Of a DNA stretch of 64,000 nucleotides, positions 27,523 to 36,819 are shown piece by piece. Position 1 is the stretch's first letter; the number at the start of each line of letters is the position of its first letter. The notes beneath the pieces were generated by a model. It was not told the origin of the DNA and searched no databases. It was given only the letters and a program-made list of their open reading frames with translations. This DNA is from Spirochaetia bacterium (GTDB taxonomy: Bacteria > Spirochaetota > Spirochaetia > DSM-2461), in contig CAXXIA010000002.1 in assembly GCA_963666985.2 (NCBI GenBank), positions 608,001 through 672,000 on the forward strand, given 5' to 3'. The position numbers and the translations under genes are program-made.

Positions 27523-28481
27523 ACCAGGGAGATTTCATCGAAAAACGCCGCGGTGAATGGGCCTGGATGGAAGAAACAATAATCATGGGACGCCGGGATT
27601 TCTCCGTCAGGGCTTCGAAATTCCCTTCGGTCTACAGACGCATCATCAGGGATCTGAACATCGCCCGCACCGAGGACTTCGATCCTTCACTCATTGATAG
27701 GCTGGACCGGATGGTTCTTGAGGGACATGGCCGTCTTTATCAAGACAGACGGATACGGTGGAAAGTCATCCCGGATTTTATCGCCTTCGGTTTCCCCTCG
27801 GCGGTCCGGAGGGAATGGAAGCTGCTGATCTCATTCACGGCGGCTTTTATTCTGGTGGCTCTTCTTTCCGGCCTTCTGGTGCATAAATCACCCTGGATTT
27901 TCGCCCAATGGTTCTCTCCGGACGTCGCGCTTAATCTCGAAGAGATGTACGATCCTTCATCGGAACATTACCTTACGCCGCGTGAGGTTACCGGAGATGC
28001 GGATATGTTCGGATTCTACATCTACAACAACATCTCCATCGCGTTCCAAACCTTCGCCTCCGGGATTCTCCTGGGATTCGGCAGCATCCTTTACCTGATG
28101 TACAACGGCGCTTTCCTGGGAGCCACCTGCGCGTACATGATAAGCCTGAATTTTACACAAACTTTTTTCTCCTTCATTTCCGGGCACGGCGCCGTTGAAC
28201 TTACGGCGTTTATTTTCGCGGGCGCCGCCGGATGGCGCCTGGGCATGGTGCTTATCCGCCCTCCTTTCCGACTTTCCCGCAAAGAAGGCTTTAAGGTTGT
28301 GGGGAAAAGAGTTCTGCCCCTGATCTGCGGGGCGGCGGCTTTTCTGGTGCTCGCCGCCGGGATTGAAGCGTTCTGGTCTTCCCGCCCCTTTCCGCCGGCA
28401 ATGAAATATTCTTTCGGCGCTTTTATGCTGATCGTCACGCTCGTGTATTTCATCTTCTCCGGAAGGAACTCCCGTGTTTGA
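27519..28481 (+). CDS. SpoIIM-like (DUF95) membrane protein
   Basis: FYIYNNISIAF, NGAFLG, HGAVEL, AAGIEAFWS. Confidence 0.88.
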   Translation: MNQGDFIEKRRGEWAWMEETIIMGRRDFSVRASKFPSVYRRIIRDLNIARTEDFDPSLIDRLDRMVLEGHGRLYQDRRIRWKVIPDFIAFGFPSAVRREWKLLISFTAAFILVALLSGLLVHKSPWIFAQWFSPDVALNLEEMYDPSSEHYLTPREVTGDADMFGFYIYNNISIAFQTFASGILLGFGSILYLMYNGAFLGATCAYMISLNFTQTFFSFISGHGAVELTAFIFAGAAGWRLGMVLIRPPFRLSRKEGFKVVGKRVLPLICGAAAFLVLAAGIEAFWSSRPFPPAMKYSFGAFMLIVTLVYFIFSGRNSRV

Positions 28482-30105
28482 TAAAACGGCCCTGGACCTG
28501 CGGGAGCGATCCGGTTTCGAAGCTCTGGACGGCGGTCTGTTACTCTATAGAAAATACTTCATTACAATTCAGTCCGGGATATTTCCGCTCTATCTTCCCT
28601 TCATCATCGCCATCGGATTCGTTCCGAGAAGTTTTCTCTGGATTCCGGCTTTGGCCCTTTGGCTCTTCACGCCGCTGCTCGGACATTTGGCCCTGAGACC
28701 CATCGCCCATACGTTCTTTCAGCTTCCCGGAAAGGCGCCGTGGAAAGGAACGCTCCGGGGCGCGCTCGGGAATGTAACTTGGCGCCGATTTTCACCTTGG
28801 CGGCATTATATTCTCCCCGTCAGAGTTTTGGAGGGTCTCCAAGGGAAACGACTGCGTAAAAGGATCTCTTATATCCGGGGAGGCGATCTTGGCACGGCAT
28901 TCGCTTTAAATGCCGTGGTTTTTGTCTGTATCATCGGAATGATCGGCGGAATGATTGTATTTACCGCCGCCATGTTTAATTTCGTACCTTTCGCCTTTCA
29001 TCAAAATCTCGACTTCCAGTCACCGGGTGTCTGGCATGCCGTTGTCATTACCTACGCACTCCTGCTGGGACTCTTTGAGCCGGCCGCGACAGCCATGGGC
29101 TTCGCGCTCTACATCAACCGAAGAATTTCTTTGGAAGGATGGGATTTGGAGATTGCATTCTCCCGATGGGCCGATCGGCTCTCGAATCGCGGAACAGGTC
29201 TTCTTGTTCTTCTCATTCTGCTTATCCTGCCCTTCAAACCGGCCGGACTCAATGCGGCGGAAGGAATCTCAAGCACCGTACCCAAAGAATCTCTGGAATC
29301 CGTTCTATCCGATAAAGACTTCGGCGGTGAGCGCGAACGCACGGGGCTCAGGTGGAAAACGACTCCGGAAGCGGACGAATCCGTCTGGAAGAATCTTTTC
29401 AATTCCCTGGGACGAAAAAGGCCTTCCTTTGCGGCCGAGACATTACGGATTTTGGTGATCGCGCTTATCGCCGCGGCGCTTATCTTTCTTGTTTGGATGA
29501 ACCGAGGGAGTCTTTCGGCCGTCTTTCACCGCCGAATACCCGTAACGGAAAAAGAACCTCCGCCGAGAACCTCGCCCCCATCCGCCGCGGGATACAACCG
29601 AATTGACGCACGGAATCTCTATAACAAAGGCCTCATCAGGGAAGCCTGGGCCATGATGTATGCCGGCGCCGTGGAAGCCGCCGCGAAGAACATCGGCGAT
29701 ACACCCGGTTCCGAGGCAACGGAAGGCGAATGGATTCGCTGTCTGAAAACCTCCTCCGCTGCCGTCACGGTACCGGCTTTTGCCGCGGATTCATCCGCTT
29801 TTTCGCAAGCGGCCCTCTCTCCGAAAAGGGAAAAAAGCTGGGCCGAAATCCACGGCGAAAAACTCGCCGCAATCATCGATCGATGGAGAATCGCGGCCTA
29901 CGCCCATCGCGATCCCGGAGAATCGGCATTCCGCGAAGCCCTGGCGGCTCTCGACGCTCTTGACGGCTTTGACGGAGAAATCGGTATACACGGAAAAATA
30001 ACGCACGGAAACGCTCCGAATACCGAGCCGCTCACCGACAAATCAACTCCCGATAGATCCCCGGCCGAAACTTCATCTCCGAACGGCCAAGGCGGCCCCT
30101 TATGA
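28474..30105 (+). CDS. DUF4129-type membrane protein of the MoxR cluster
   Basis: LRERSGFEALD.G, PV.VLEGL, LYINRRISLEGWDLE, ATEGEW, AAYAHR; cluster position. Confidence 0.75.
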   Translation: MFDKTALDLRERSGFEALDGGLLLYRKYFITIQSGIFPLYLPFIIAIGFVPRSFLWIPALALWLFTPLLGHLALRPIAHTFFQLPGKAPWKGTLRGALGNVTWRRFSPWRHYILPVRVLEGLQGKRLRKRISYIRGGDLGTAFALNAVVFVCIIGMIGGMIVFTAAMFNFVPFAFHQNLDFQSPGVWHAVVITYALLLGLFEPAATAMGFALYINRRISLEGWDLEIAFSRWADRLSNRGTGLLVLLILLILPFKPAGLNAAEGISSTVPKESLESVLSDKDFGGERERTGLRWKTTPEADESVWKNLFNSLGRKRPSFAAETLRILVIALIAAALIFLVWMNRGSLSAVFHRRIPVTEKEPPPRTSPPSAAGYNRIDARNLYNKGLIREAWAMMYAGAVEAAAKNIGDTPGSEATEGEWIRCLKTSSAAVTVPAFAADSSAFSQAALSPKREKSWAEIHGEKLAAIIDRWRIAAYAHRDPGESAFREALAALDALDGFDGEIGIHGKITHGNAPNTEPLTDKSTPDRSPAETSSPNGQGGPL

Positions 30106-31508
30106 TCCGGATAAACCGCCTCCTTATCATTGCCGTTCCCGCCCTTATCCTCGGAGCCGTCGGCTTCCGCTTAACCCGAGATTTGGAGCGATACGAATAT
30201 ACCGATACAAAAGGATATTCCCGCCGGGCCCGTGAAGACAGCTTCCTGGCGCTGCGGCGCTGGACGGGAATGAACGGAATAATCCTTGAAGAAAAACGAA
30301 CGGACGATCTTACGAATTATGACTCCATCCTTATAAACTGCTCCCTCCTTAATGATTCGATTTTTGCAATGGAGCTTCGGTTCTGGGTGATGAACGGCGG
30401 ACATCTGACTCTTTTCGCAACCCAATACGGCCAATCGGAGAAGAATTTGGAAACGGTGAATGAGTTCCTCTCCGAATTCGGCTTGAGCACGTCCGTTCAA
30501 TTTCATCCGGAAGCGCAATGGGGCATGGAGAATGAGACCCGTCTCCGGTATACGGAAAAGGATGAATGGATCGTTACGGTTTCGCCGATTCTCCGGATAA
30601 TCCCCGAAGAGCTGCCGCCGGATGCATTCTTCGTACCGTACGGCGATATCGAAGATGACGACGCGGACAACATGGATAACGCGGACGGCGACGAGAAAAC
30701 CGGCTTCCGCCTGCTCTCCTTTCCCGCCGAAAGCGGCCGGCTGACCATAACAGGCGATCCTCTCTTTCTGCGGAACGAGTACATCGGCGAATCGGATAAC
30801 GCCCTCCTTGCCTGGGAACTCATCACGGCCGGTTCGAGGAAGGGTCGGATTCTCTTCCTACCCGATGCAAAAAAAGCCGCGCCCTTCGCGGACAATCCTT
30901 GGGCCGTCGCCGTACCCGCCGCCCTTTTCTCGGCGCTCATCCTGGCGGCCTGGACGGCCTTGGTTCGGAGGGACGCGCTTTTGGATGAGAAACAGCCCGC
31001 CGGAAGCGACATCAGGCGCCGCCTGAAAGCCGAAGGAAACTTTTACCGAACCTACGGCTGTACCGAAACCTACCTCACGGCCTGTCGTAAAAATGCTCTT
31101 CGGAGGCTCCGGAGGCGGGGTTTCGCAGACTCGGAAGGCCGTATAGACACAGAAGCCCTCTCCCGGAAACTCCATCGTGATCCGGCGGCGCTGGAGAGAG
31201 CCTTTACGGCAAATCCCAATTCCGAAAGCCGCCGCGATTCGATCCGACTTTTTTCAAAACCCAAACGCCGCGGTGCTTTCAACCGAGAAAACGACGGCCG
31301 CGATACAACTCGGCTGTTCTCAAGCCGCCGCCGAACAAACCGGAATGCCGACAGCGGCACCGCCGATCAACGTCCATCAAGTCTCGGCATCCCCGCCCGC
31401 GGATTTCCCGGCCGCCTGCTTAAAGACCGCCGCCATACCCCCGCCCGCAGCAAAAAGCGATTCATCGAAATGATGCAGATATTCCGCGACATCAAGGAAG
31501 TAATATGA
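30102..31508 (+). CDS. DUF4350-type protein of the MoxR cluster
   Basis: N-terminal TM, WVMNGGHL, GRLTI...LRNEYIGESDNALL, second TM; cluster position. Confidence 0.7.
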   Translation: MIRINRLLIIAVPALILGAVGFRLTRDLERYEYTDTKGYSRRAREDSFLALRRWTGMNGIILEEKRTDDLTNYDSILINCSLLNDSIFAMELRFWVMNGGHLTLFATQYGQSEKNLETVNEFLSEFGLSTSVQFHPEAQWGMENETRLRYTEKDEWIVTVSPILRIIPEELPPDAFFVPYGDIEDDDADNMDNADGDEKTGFRLLSFPAESGRLTITGDPLFLRNEYIGESDNALLAWELITAGSRKGRILFLPDAKKAAPFADNPWAVAVPAALFSALILAAWTALVRRDALLDEKQPAGSDIRRRLKAEGNFYRTYGCTETYLTACRKNALRRLRRRGFADSEGRIDTEALSRKLHRDPAALERAFTANPNSESRRDSIRLFSKPKRRGAFNRENDGRDTTRLFSSRRRTNRNADSGTADQRPSSLGIPARGFPGRLLKDRRHTPARSKKRFIEMMQIFRDIKEVI

Positions 31509-32470
31509 ACGAAAACAGAGAACACATGAGCGAACTGGCGAACGCCGTCATCACCGAAGTCTCCAAAGCCTTCCTCGGCCAGGAGGAAATCCTCAAACAG
31601 ACGATGATGTCCCTCATCGCCGGAGGACACGTCCTCGTGGAAGGCATCCCCGGACTCGGGAAAACCCTTCTGGTCCGCTCCCTGGCCAAAGCCTTCGGAG
31701 GCGAATCACACCGGGTCCAATTCACACCGGACCTGATGCCCAGCGACATCACCGGCCATTTGATGTACGACGCAGGAACATCCCAATTCCACATCCGCAA
31801 AGGACCCGTCTTCACCCATCTGCTCATTGCCGACGAAATCAACAGAGCACCGGCCAAAACCCAATCGGCCCTCTTCGAAGCGATGCAGGAATATCAGGTG
31901 AGCATCGACGGAACACCCTACAACCTGCCCCGCCCCTTCATGACGCTGGCCACGCAGAACCCCTTCGAGCACGAAGGCACCTATCCTCTGCCGGACGCCC
32001 AGAAGGACCGCTTTCTGATGAAGCTCCTCATCACCTATCCGGACGCGGAGCGGGAAAAAGAAATGGTAACCAGCGTTACCGAAGGCGCCTTTGGTGAAGG
32101 CCTTGATCTTTCAATGGTGACCCCGATTACCGACATCGCCGGGATGACCTCCCTCCAGGAAGCGGCCGCGGCCACCATCGCCGATGCCCAAGTGGTGGAC
32201 TACGCCGTCCGCATCGTCCGCGCCACACGCGAGAGGCCGGACATCGACGTGGGAGCCGGCCCGCGCGCGGGGATTGCCCTGATTCGCACCGCCAAGGCCG
32301 CGGCCCTGCTCAGCAGGCGGGACTACATCCTGCCGGACGATATCAAGGAACTGGCCCATCCGGTGCTCCGCCATCGAATCAGGCTCACGCCGGAAAGTGA
32401 AATCGAAGGCACCGGCGTCGACAGCGTCATCTCAAGGATTCTCAGCGAGGTGGAAGCGCCCAGGCTATGA
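31505..32470 (+). CDS. moxR: MoxR-family AAA+ ATPase
   Basis: GHVLVEGIPGLGKT, RVQFTPDLMPSD, DEINRAPAKTQSAL, ATQNP, YPLPDAQKDRF. Confidence 0.95.
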   Translation: MNENREHMSELANAVITEVSKAFLGQEEILKQTMMSLIAGGHVLVEGIPGLGKTLLVRSLAKAFGGESHRVQFTPDLMPSDITGHLMYDAGTSQFHIRKGPVFTHLLIADEINRAPAKTQSALFEAMQEYQVSIDGTPYNLPRPFMTLATQNPFEHEGTYPLPDAQKDRFLMKLLITYPDAEREKEMVTSVTEGAFGEGLDLSMVTPITDIAGMTSLQEAAAATIADAQVVDYAVRIVRATRERPDIDVGAGPRAGIALIRTAKAAALLSRRDYILPDDIKELAHPVLRHRIRLTPESEIEGTGVDSVISRILSEVEAPRL

Positions 32471-33930
32471 GACCCGCATTTTCCCTTATCATCCTGTGGA
32501 CCCTCTGGTCTCTCGCCGGAGCCCTCATCTTCTTCATTCCCTCCGCCGCCCCCTACTGGATCGCCGCGGGAGGCCTCCTGGCGCTCGCCGCCGCCGCCGA
32601 CGCCCTCATCGGGAAAAGACTTAAAGAGCGTGATCCGAATATCCGCATCAGCCGGAAAGCCCCGGACGTGATGACCGTCGGAATCCCCGAACCGGCCGAA
32701 ATCAAAATTGCATCGACTGGAAAGTCCCTCCCGCGATTCCTGCGAGTCTATGAAGAACTCCCCGGAACCGTGAAGGCCGAACCCTACCCCGTCATTCTGC
32801 GCGGCGGCAGGAGTGGAAGCGGCCGCAAACGCGATATCAATAACGGCGATAACGGCAACCTCGCCACCCCCAACAGCCGCCGCCGTAATACACGCCGCAC
32901 GAATCGAAAAAACCGCGCACTCCTCGCGCACCGAAACCCCAACACAAACACCGGCGACAATCGGGCCGAAACACGCATCACAGTCACCTGGACCCCCCTC
33001 CGAAGGGGTCTTTGGAAAAGCGCCGGATTCCGCCTGGAACTCCCCAGCCGCCTCAACCTCTTCCGCCTGCATTACCGCCTGGAGAATCCGCATGAAATCA
33101 TGGTGCTCCCCGACTTGGGGCTCAAAGGTTCCTCCACTGAAGACGCCCTGGAACGCCGACGGGAACTCGCCGGTCAGGTGCAGATACGCCGCCGCGGCCA
33201 GGGAACCGACTTTCGGGAACTGAGGGACTACATGCCCGGAGATCCGGTGCGCCACATCGACTGGCGGGCCACCTCCCGCCGATCCCACCCCATCGTCAAA
33301 ACATTCCAGGACGAACGGGATCAGCAGCTTCTCATTGTTCTGGACGGCGGATACCGGCTGCATCAGAAAGACGGGGACGGGCTTCAATTCGACAAAGCGC
33401 TGCAGGCCGCCCTGAGACTCTCCCACGTCGCCCTGGAACACGGCGACCGCGTCGGCATCTATGCCTACGGAGAAAAAGACCGATGGATTCCGCCGGGCAG
33501 CGGCCGCTCCTACTTCTGGACCCTGGTCCGCTCCCTCTACGATTTTGAAAGCGCCCCGGTGGCCACCTCCCCCGCCGCCGCGCTCGAACGCGTCCTTGTG
33601 CGGCTGAACCGCAGAACCCTTCTCATCTTCATCACCAACCTCCGCGAAGAAGACGGCGAAGTGGTCAGCTGGATGCTCCCCCTGGTCCGCGGCCGGCACC
33701 TGATGATGGCCGTCACCCTCCGCGAAGAAGGAGCCGAAGGACCGGATACCATCACCACCGAAGACGACGCCCTGCTCTTCGGCGCCTCAACCCTCTACCG
33801 TGAACAGCGGACCCGCCTCAGACGCTACTGGGAGAAACAAGGCATCCTCACCCTCGACGCCCTCCCCGACCACGTCACCGGAAAAGTCATCAACCGCTAC
33901 CTGGCCCTCAAAGGCGCCGGAATACTCTGA
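32467..33930 (+). CDS. DUF58-domain protein (vWA-like)
   Basis: GTDFRELRDYMPGDPVRHIDWRATSR, FQDERDQ. Confidence 0.9.
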   Translation: MRPAFSLIILWTLWSLAGALIFFIPSAAPYWIAAGGLLALAAAADALIGKRLKERDPNIRISRKAPDVMTVGIPEPAEIKIASTGKSLPRFLRVYEELPGTVKAEPYPVILRGGRSGSGRKRDINNGDNGNLATPNSRRRNTRRTNRKNRALLAHRNPNTNTGDNRAETRITVTWTPLRRGLWKSAGFRLELPSRLNLFRLHYRLENPHEIMVLPDLGLKGSSTEDALERRRELAGQVQIRRRGQGTDFRELRDYMPGDPVRHIDWRATSRRSHPIVKTFQDERDQQLLIVLDGGYRLHQKDGDGLQFDKALQAALRLSHVALEHGDRVGIYAYGEKDRWIPPGSGRSYFWTLVRSLYDFESAPVATSPAAALERVLVRLNRRTLLIFITNLREEDGEVVSWMLPLVRGRHLMMAVTLREEGAEGPDTITTEDDALLFGASTLYREQRTRLRRYWEKQGILTLDALPDHVTGKVINRYLALKGAGIL

Positions 33931-33965
33931 AATCTCCCTCGGGGATTTCGCCCTCTCTTTTTTTT
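33929..33965 (+). terminator. Possible intrinsic terminator after the DUF58 gene
   Basis: GAAATCTCC-ctc-GGGGATTTC hairpin, then a T8 run 8 nt later. Confidence 0.4.
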
Positions 33966-34028
33966 GGATGACCCCCGAAGCCGTCCGGAATCCGCCGTCC
34001 CCGAACCGCCGGCGGCCTTCTTTATTCA

Positions 34029-34922
34029 TTACGGGTTCCGCGGCAATCCCCAGCCCAAATCCTCCACGGCCCCAACCAGAGCTTCTTCCCAGACGGCACG
34101 AATCTCGGGATCTTCCCAAGTGGCCAAATGACTTCCTCCGGGAACAGGATAAAGTCTTGCCGTGTTTCCGGCGTCTTTCAGCTTTTCCACGAATTCTTCG
34201 GTATAGCGGAACGGTAATATATCGTCTTCGGTGCATTGAGTCATATAAATGGGAGGCAAACCGGAACGGACATTCTGATACGGTGAACAGTGAATCGGTT
34301 TCTCGCGGCCGATCAGCAGCCGCTTGAAATTCCCGTCATTAACGTTAACGGCTCCCGCAACAGTAAAAACAGCATTGGGAACGGAACTGATACTCCGATC
34401 CTCACTCTCCTCCGCGAATTGGGGAAACAGAGCCGTGCTGAGCGCAAGATGACCGCCGGCGGAATCACCCATGGCGATAATGCGATCGGAATCGATATTA
34501 AATTCTTCGGAATGGATTCGTGTCCAGCGGACGGCCGAATGAGCATCCATCATCAAATCCATAACACTGACGTTTTTATAATCGGCCAGCCTATATTGGG
34601 CCGCAATTCCTATTAAGCCCATATCGGCCATATACTTGGCGTTATCCTGGGCCCATTCCATTTTTCCTTGAATCCAGCCCCCTCCGCAAAAATTCACCAC
34701 GGCAGGATACGGTTCTTCACGCCGAGGATCGTATCCCTCCGGATAAAAAAAATGCATTTCAAGCTTCTCATCCCCAATTTGCTTGTAATAACAGGCATAA
34801 TCGGCAAGATCGGCGATTTCATTGGAAACGGTTTTTTTGATCAGCCGGGAACCCTCTCCCCCATCGGAACATGAAAAGAATAAAACCAACAGAGAAACAA
34901 TAATCGGAAATATTATTTTCAC
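34029..34922 (-). CDS. Alpha/beta hydrolase (HSL-family esterase), probable lipoprotein
   Basis: LFFSC lipobox; CGGGW oxyanion motif; YRLA; GDSAGGHL nucleophile; D...H triad region. Confidence 0.88.
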   Translation of the reverse strand: MKIIFPIIVSLLVLFFSCSDGGEGSRLIKKTVSNEIADLADYACYYKQIGDEKLEMHFFYPEGYDPRREEPYPAVVNFCGGGWIQGKMEWAQDNAKYMADMGLIGIAAQYRLADYKNVSVMDLMMDAHSAVRWTRIHSEEFNIDSDRIIAMGDSAGGHLALSTALFPQFAEESEDRSISSVPNAVFTVAGAVNVNDGNFKRLLIGREKPIHCSPYQNVRSGLPPIYMTQCTEDDILPFRYTEEFVEKLKDAGNTARLYPVPGGSHLATWEDPEIRAVWEEALVGAVEDLGWGLPRNP

Positions 34923-34961
34923 ATCAAGTCTCCCCTGTAATTATAGTATTCCAGGAAATGA

Positions 34962-35936
34962 TTACTCCCCGGCAATAAACACGAAAGGAAGCTGCATCAG
35001 AAGCCGGTTCCACAGGCGGCCGCGCATCGGATAGCTCATGTTGATTGTCGATATGTTCATGAAATAGCTCACCGTATAACCGGCTTTCAGTTTTCGGCTG
35101 TACAGATGAATCTCGAATGCCGCGCTGTCGATTTCCTCGACCATGTCGGGACCGCTGCCGTATGTAATCCAAATCTCATCGGCGCCGGAGCGTTTCAGAA
35201 TGCCTGTAACGGGAACATCCCTTTCGCTCCAATTGGGATACTTTTCCTCGTAGTGGCTTACGCCCATGGCCTTCTTGATGAAATCATCACCGCTGATGCC
35301 TCGGAACTCTTCGAAATGGATGGTCACCGTGTTGGTGCCGCCGCCGCACATGCAGAAGAAACTTTGTTCGTTCTTATCGGCATCCGGGGAATTGTAGGTA
35401 ATAACGCCCCAATCATTGTCGAACAGCATCAGTCCGAGCCTGCCTTCGAAAACTCCGACTTCATTCATGGAGAACAGGTTGATGTTCTCGTCATAAAAAT
35501 GATCCTCAAAGCCGTACTGAAGATTCGTTCCGTCTTCGGTGGTGATGGTGTGCACTTCGGCGGCATATTTCATCCGAACCGCCTTTGAGAGGTCATCCTC
35601 AAGACCGGTTTTATCGAAATAGTCGATAATGTCGCTTTGCAGGTCGGGATTGGAAACCCTCATCAGGAAAGACTCGAAGAGGAGACTGTGAAGAGTCTCT
35701 TTTCCATAGTGGTATTCAAAGAAATTCTCCAGATATCCGTCTTTCATCACCTCTTCGCCGGAGTCGACGGCCATAAGATAGAACATCATGTTGAAATAAT
35801 CGTTTATCTCTTCTTCTCCGGGGATGTAGAAGAAATAATCACTTCCGTTATGGTCGGTGAAAAAAACGTTTTCGGCGGAAGCCGTCAGGATAATCGCGGT
35901 GAATAGAACGAAGAAGGCGGATAGTCTCTTGAGCAT
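34962..35936 (-). CDS. Secreted hypothetical protein
   Basis: 324-aa ORF with signal peptide (ASA-E) and acidic/aromatic composition; no family recognised. Confidence 0.7.
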   Translation of the reverse strand: MLKRLSAFFVLFTAIILTASAENVFFTDHNGSDYFFYIPGEEEINDYFNMMFYLMAVDSGEEVMKDGYLENFFEYHYGKETLHSLLFESFLMRVSNPDLQSDIIDYFDKTGLEDDLSKAVRMKYAAEVHTITTEDGTNLQYGFEDHFYDENINLFSMNEVGVFEGRLGLMLFDNDWGVITYNSPDADKNEQSFFCMCGGGTNTVTIHFEEFRGISGDDFIKKAMGVSHYEEKYPNWSERDVPVTGILKRSGADEIWITYGSGPDMVEEIDSAAFEIHLYSRKLKAGYTVSYFMNISTINMSYPMRGRLWNRLLMQLPFVFIAGE

Positions 35937-36065
35937 ATCCTGATTATATGACGAAACGGCGAAAGTATCAGACGAAAACAGGCCGGCCGGATGAACGGAA
36001 AGTCATACCGACTTGGCAGGCATTTTTAAAGTGAAGGATTCGGTGCGGGAGAGTCGGCTTCCGTT

Positions 36066-36716
36066 TCAGGCAGAGATATCCCGGCCGGCGGCGCTTTCCA
36101 CCATTTCCCGAAGAAACCAGGCATGAATCCGCCCGTCACCGGTAAGTTCCGGATGGAAGCTGCCGGCAAGAATGCTGTTCTGCCGAACAAGAACGGGCGA
36201 GCCCTCAAACGAACAGAGCACCTCGACGCCGGGTCCGGGGGAGGGGGATGCACCGTCGTGTCCGTCGGCGGCTACAATCCGCGGTGCCCGGATGAATACG
36301 CCGTTGAACGGTGCGCCGTCGAATTCGGGCGCACCGGGGATTTTCAGTTCCAAGGCCGCTTCGAAGCTGTCGATCTGGCGGCCGTAGGCGTTCCGCGCCA
36401 CCGTTACGTCCAATCCGCCGAGCCTCGGCAGATCGTTCCATTCCACTAATCTCTCGGCCAAAAGAATGAGTCCGGCGCAGGTGCCGTAAACCGGCAGACC
36501 GCCGTCCATGAGAGCCCTGATGGGCTCAATGAGTTCCCAGCGAACGAGCATTTTGCTCATGGTGGTGCTTTCCCCGCCGGGAACAATAAGGCCTTCGATT
36601 CCCTTCAGATCATCAGGCTCGCGCACTTCCACGGCGGCGGCCCCGACGGACTCAAGCGATTGAATATGTTTTGCAAATGCGCCCTGGAGGGCCAGGACGC
36701 CGATGGTGCGTTTCAT
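36066..36716 (-). CDS. pdxT: Pyridoxal 5'-phosphate synthase glutaminase subunit
   Basis: GVLALQGAF, PGGEST, GTCAG, RNAYGRQ, FIRAP, FHPE. Confidence 0.96.
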   Translation of the reverse strand: MKRTIGVLALQGAFAKHIQSLESVGAAAVEVREPDDLKGIEGLIVPGGESTTMSKMLVRWELIEPIRALMDGGLPVYGTCAGLILLAERLVEWNDLPRLGGLDVTVARNAYGRQIDSFEAALELKIPGAPEFDGAPFNGVFIRAPRIVAADGHDGASPSPGPGVEVLCSFEGSPVLVRQNSILAGSFHPELTGDGRIHAWFLREMVESAAGRDISA

Positions 36717-36778
36717 GAATACCTTTCATTCGCGAGGCGCGAGGGAATCATCGGAAAACAACAGGGCAAAGGCAAACG

Positions 36779-36803
36779 GCTGAGTTCGCGAAGCGAACTC
36801 GGC
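36779..36803 (-). terminator. Hairpin between pdxS and pdxT (attenuator or RNA stabiliser)
   Basis: GAGTTCGC-ttc-GCGAACTC stem followed by a broken U-rich tract on the minus strand. Confidence 0.4.
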
Positions 36804-36819
36804 TGGCCCGTACTTTCCC

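Noticed and set aside
32323..33699. 458-aa minus-strand ORF, and similar long antisense ORFs at 2358-3332, 4016-5119, 15922-17145 and 36934-37737
   Set aside because: These are shadows of well-supported genes caused by codon bias; no recognisable domains.
35939..35960. CTGAT...GACGAAAC reminiscent of a hammerhead ribozyme core
   Set aside because: No CUGANGA consensus or supporting stems; it is better explained as a promoter.
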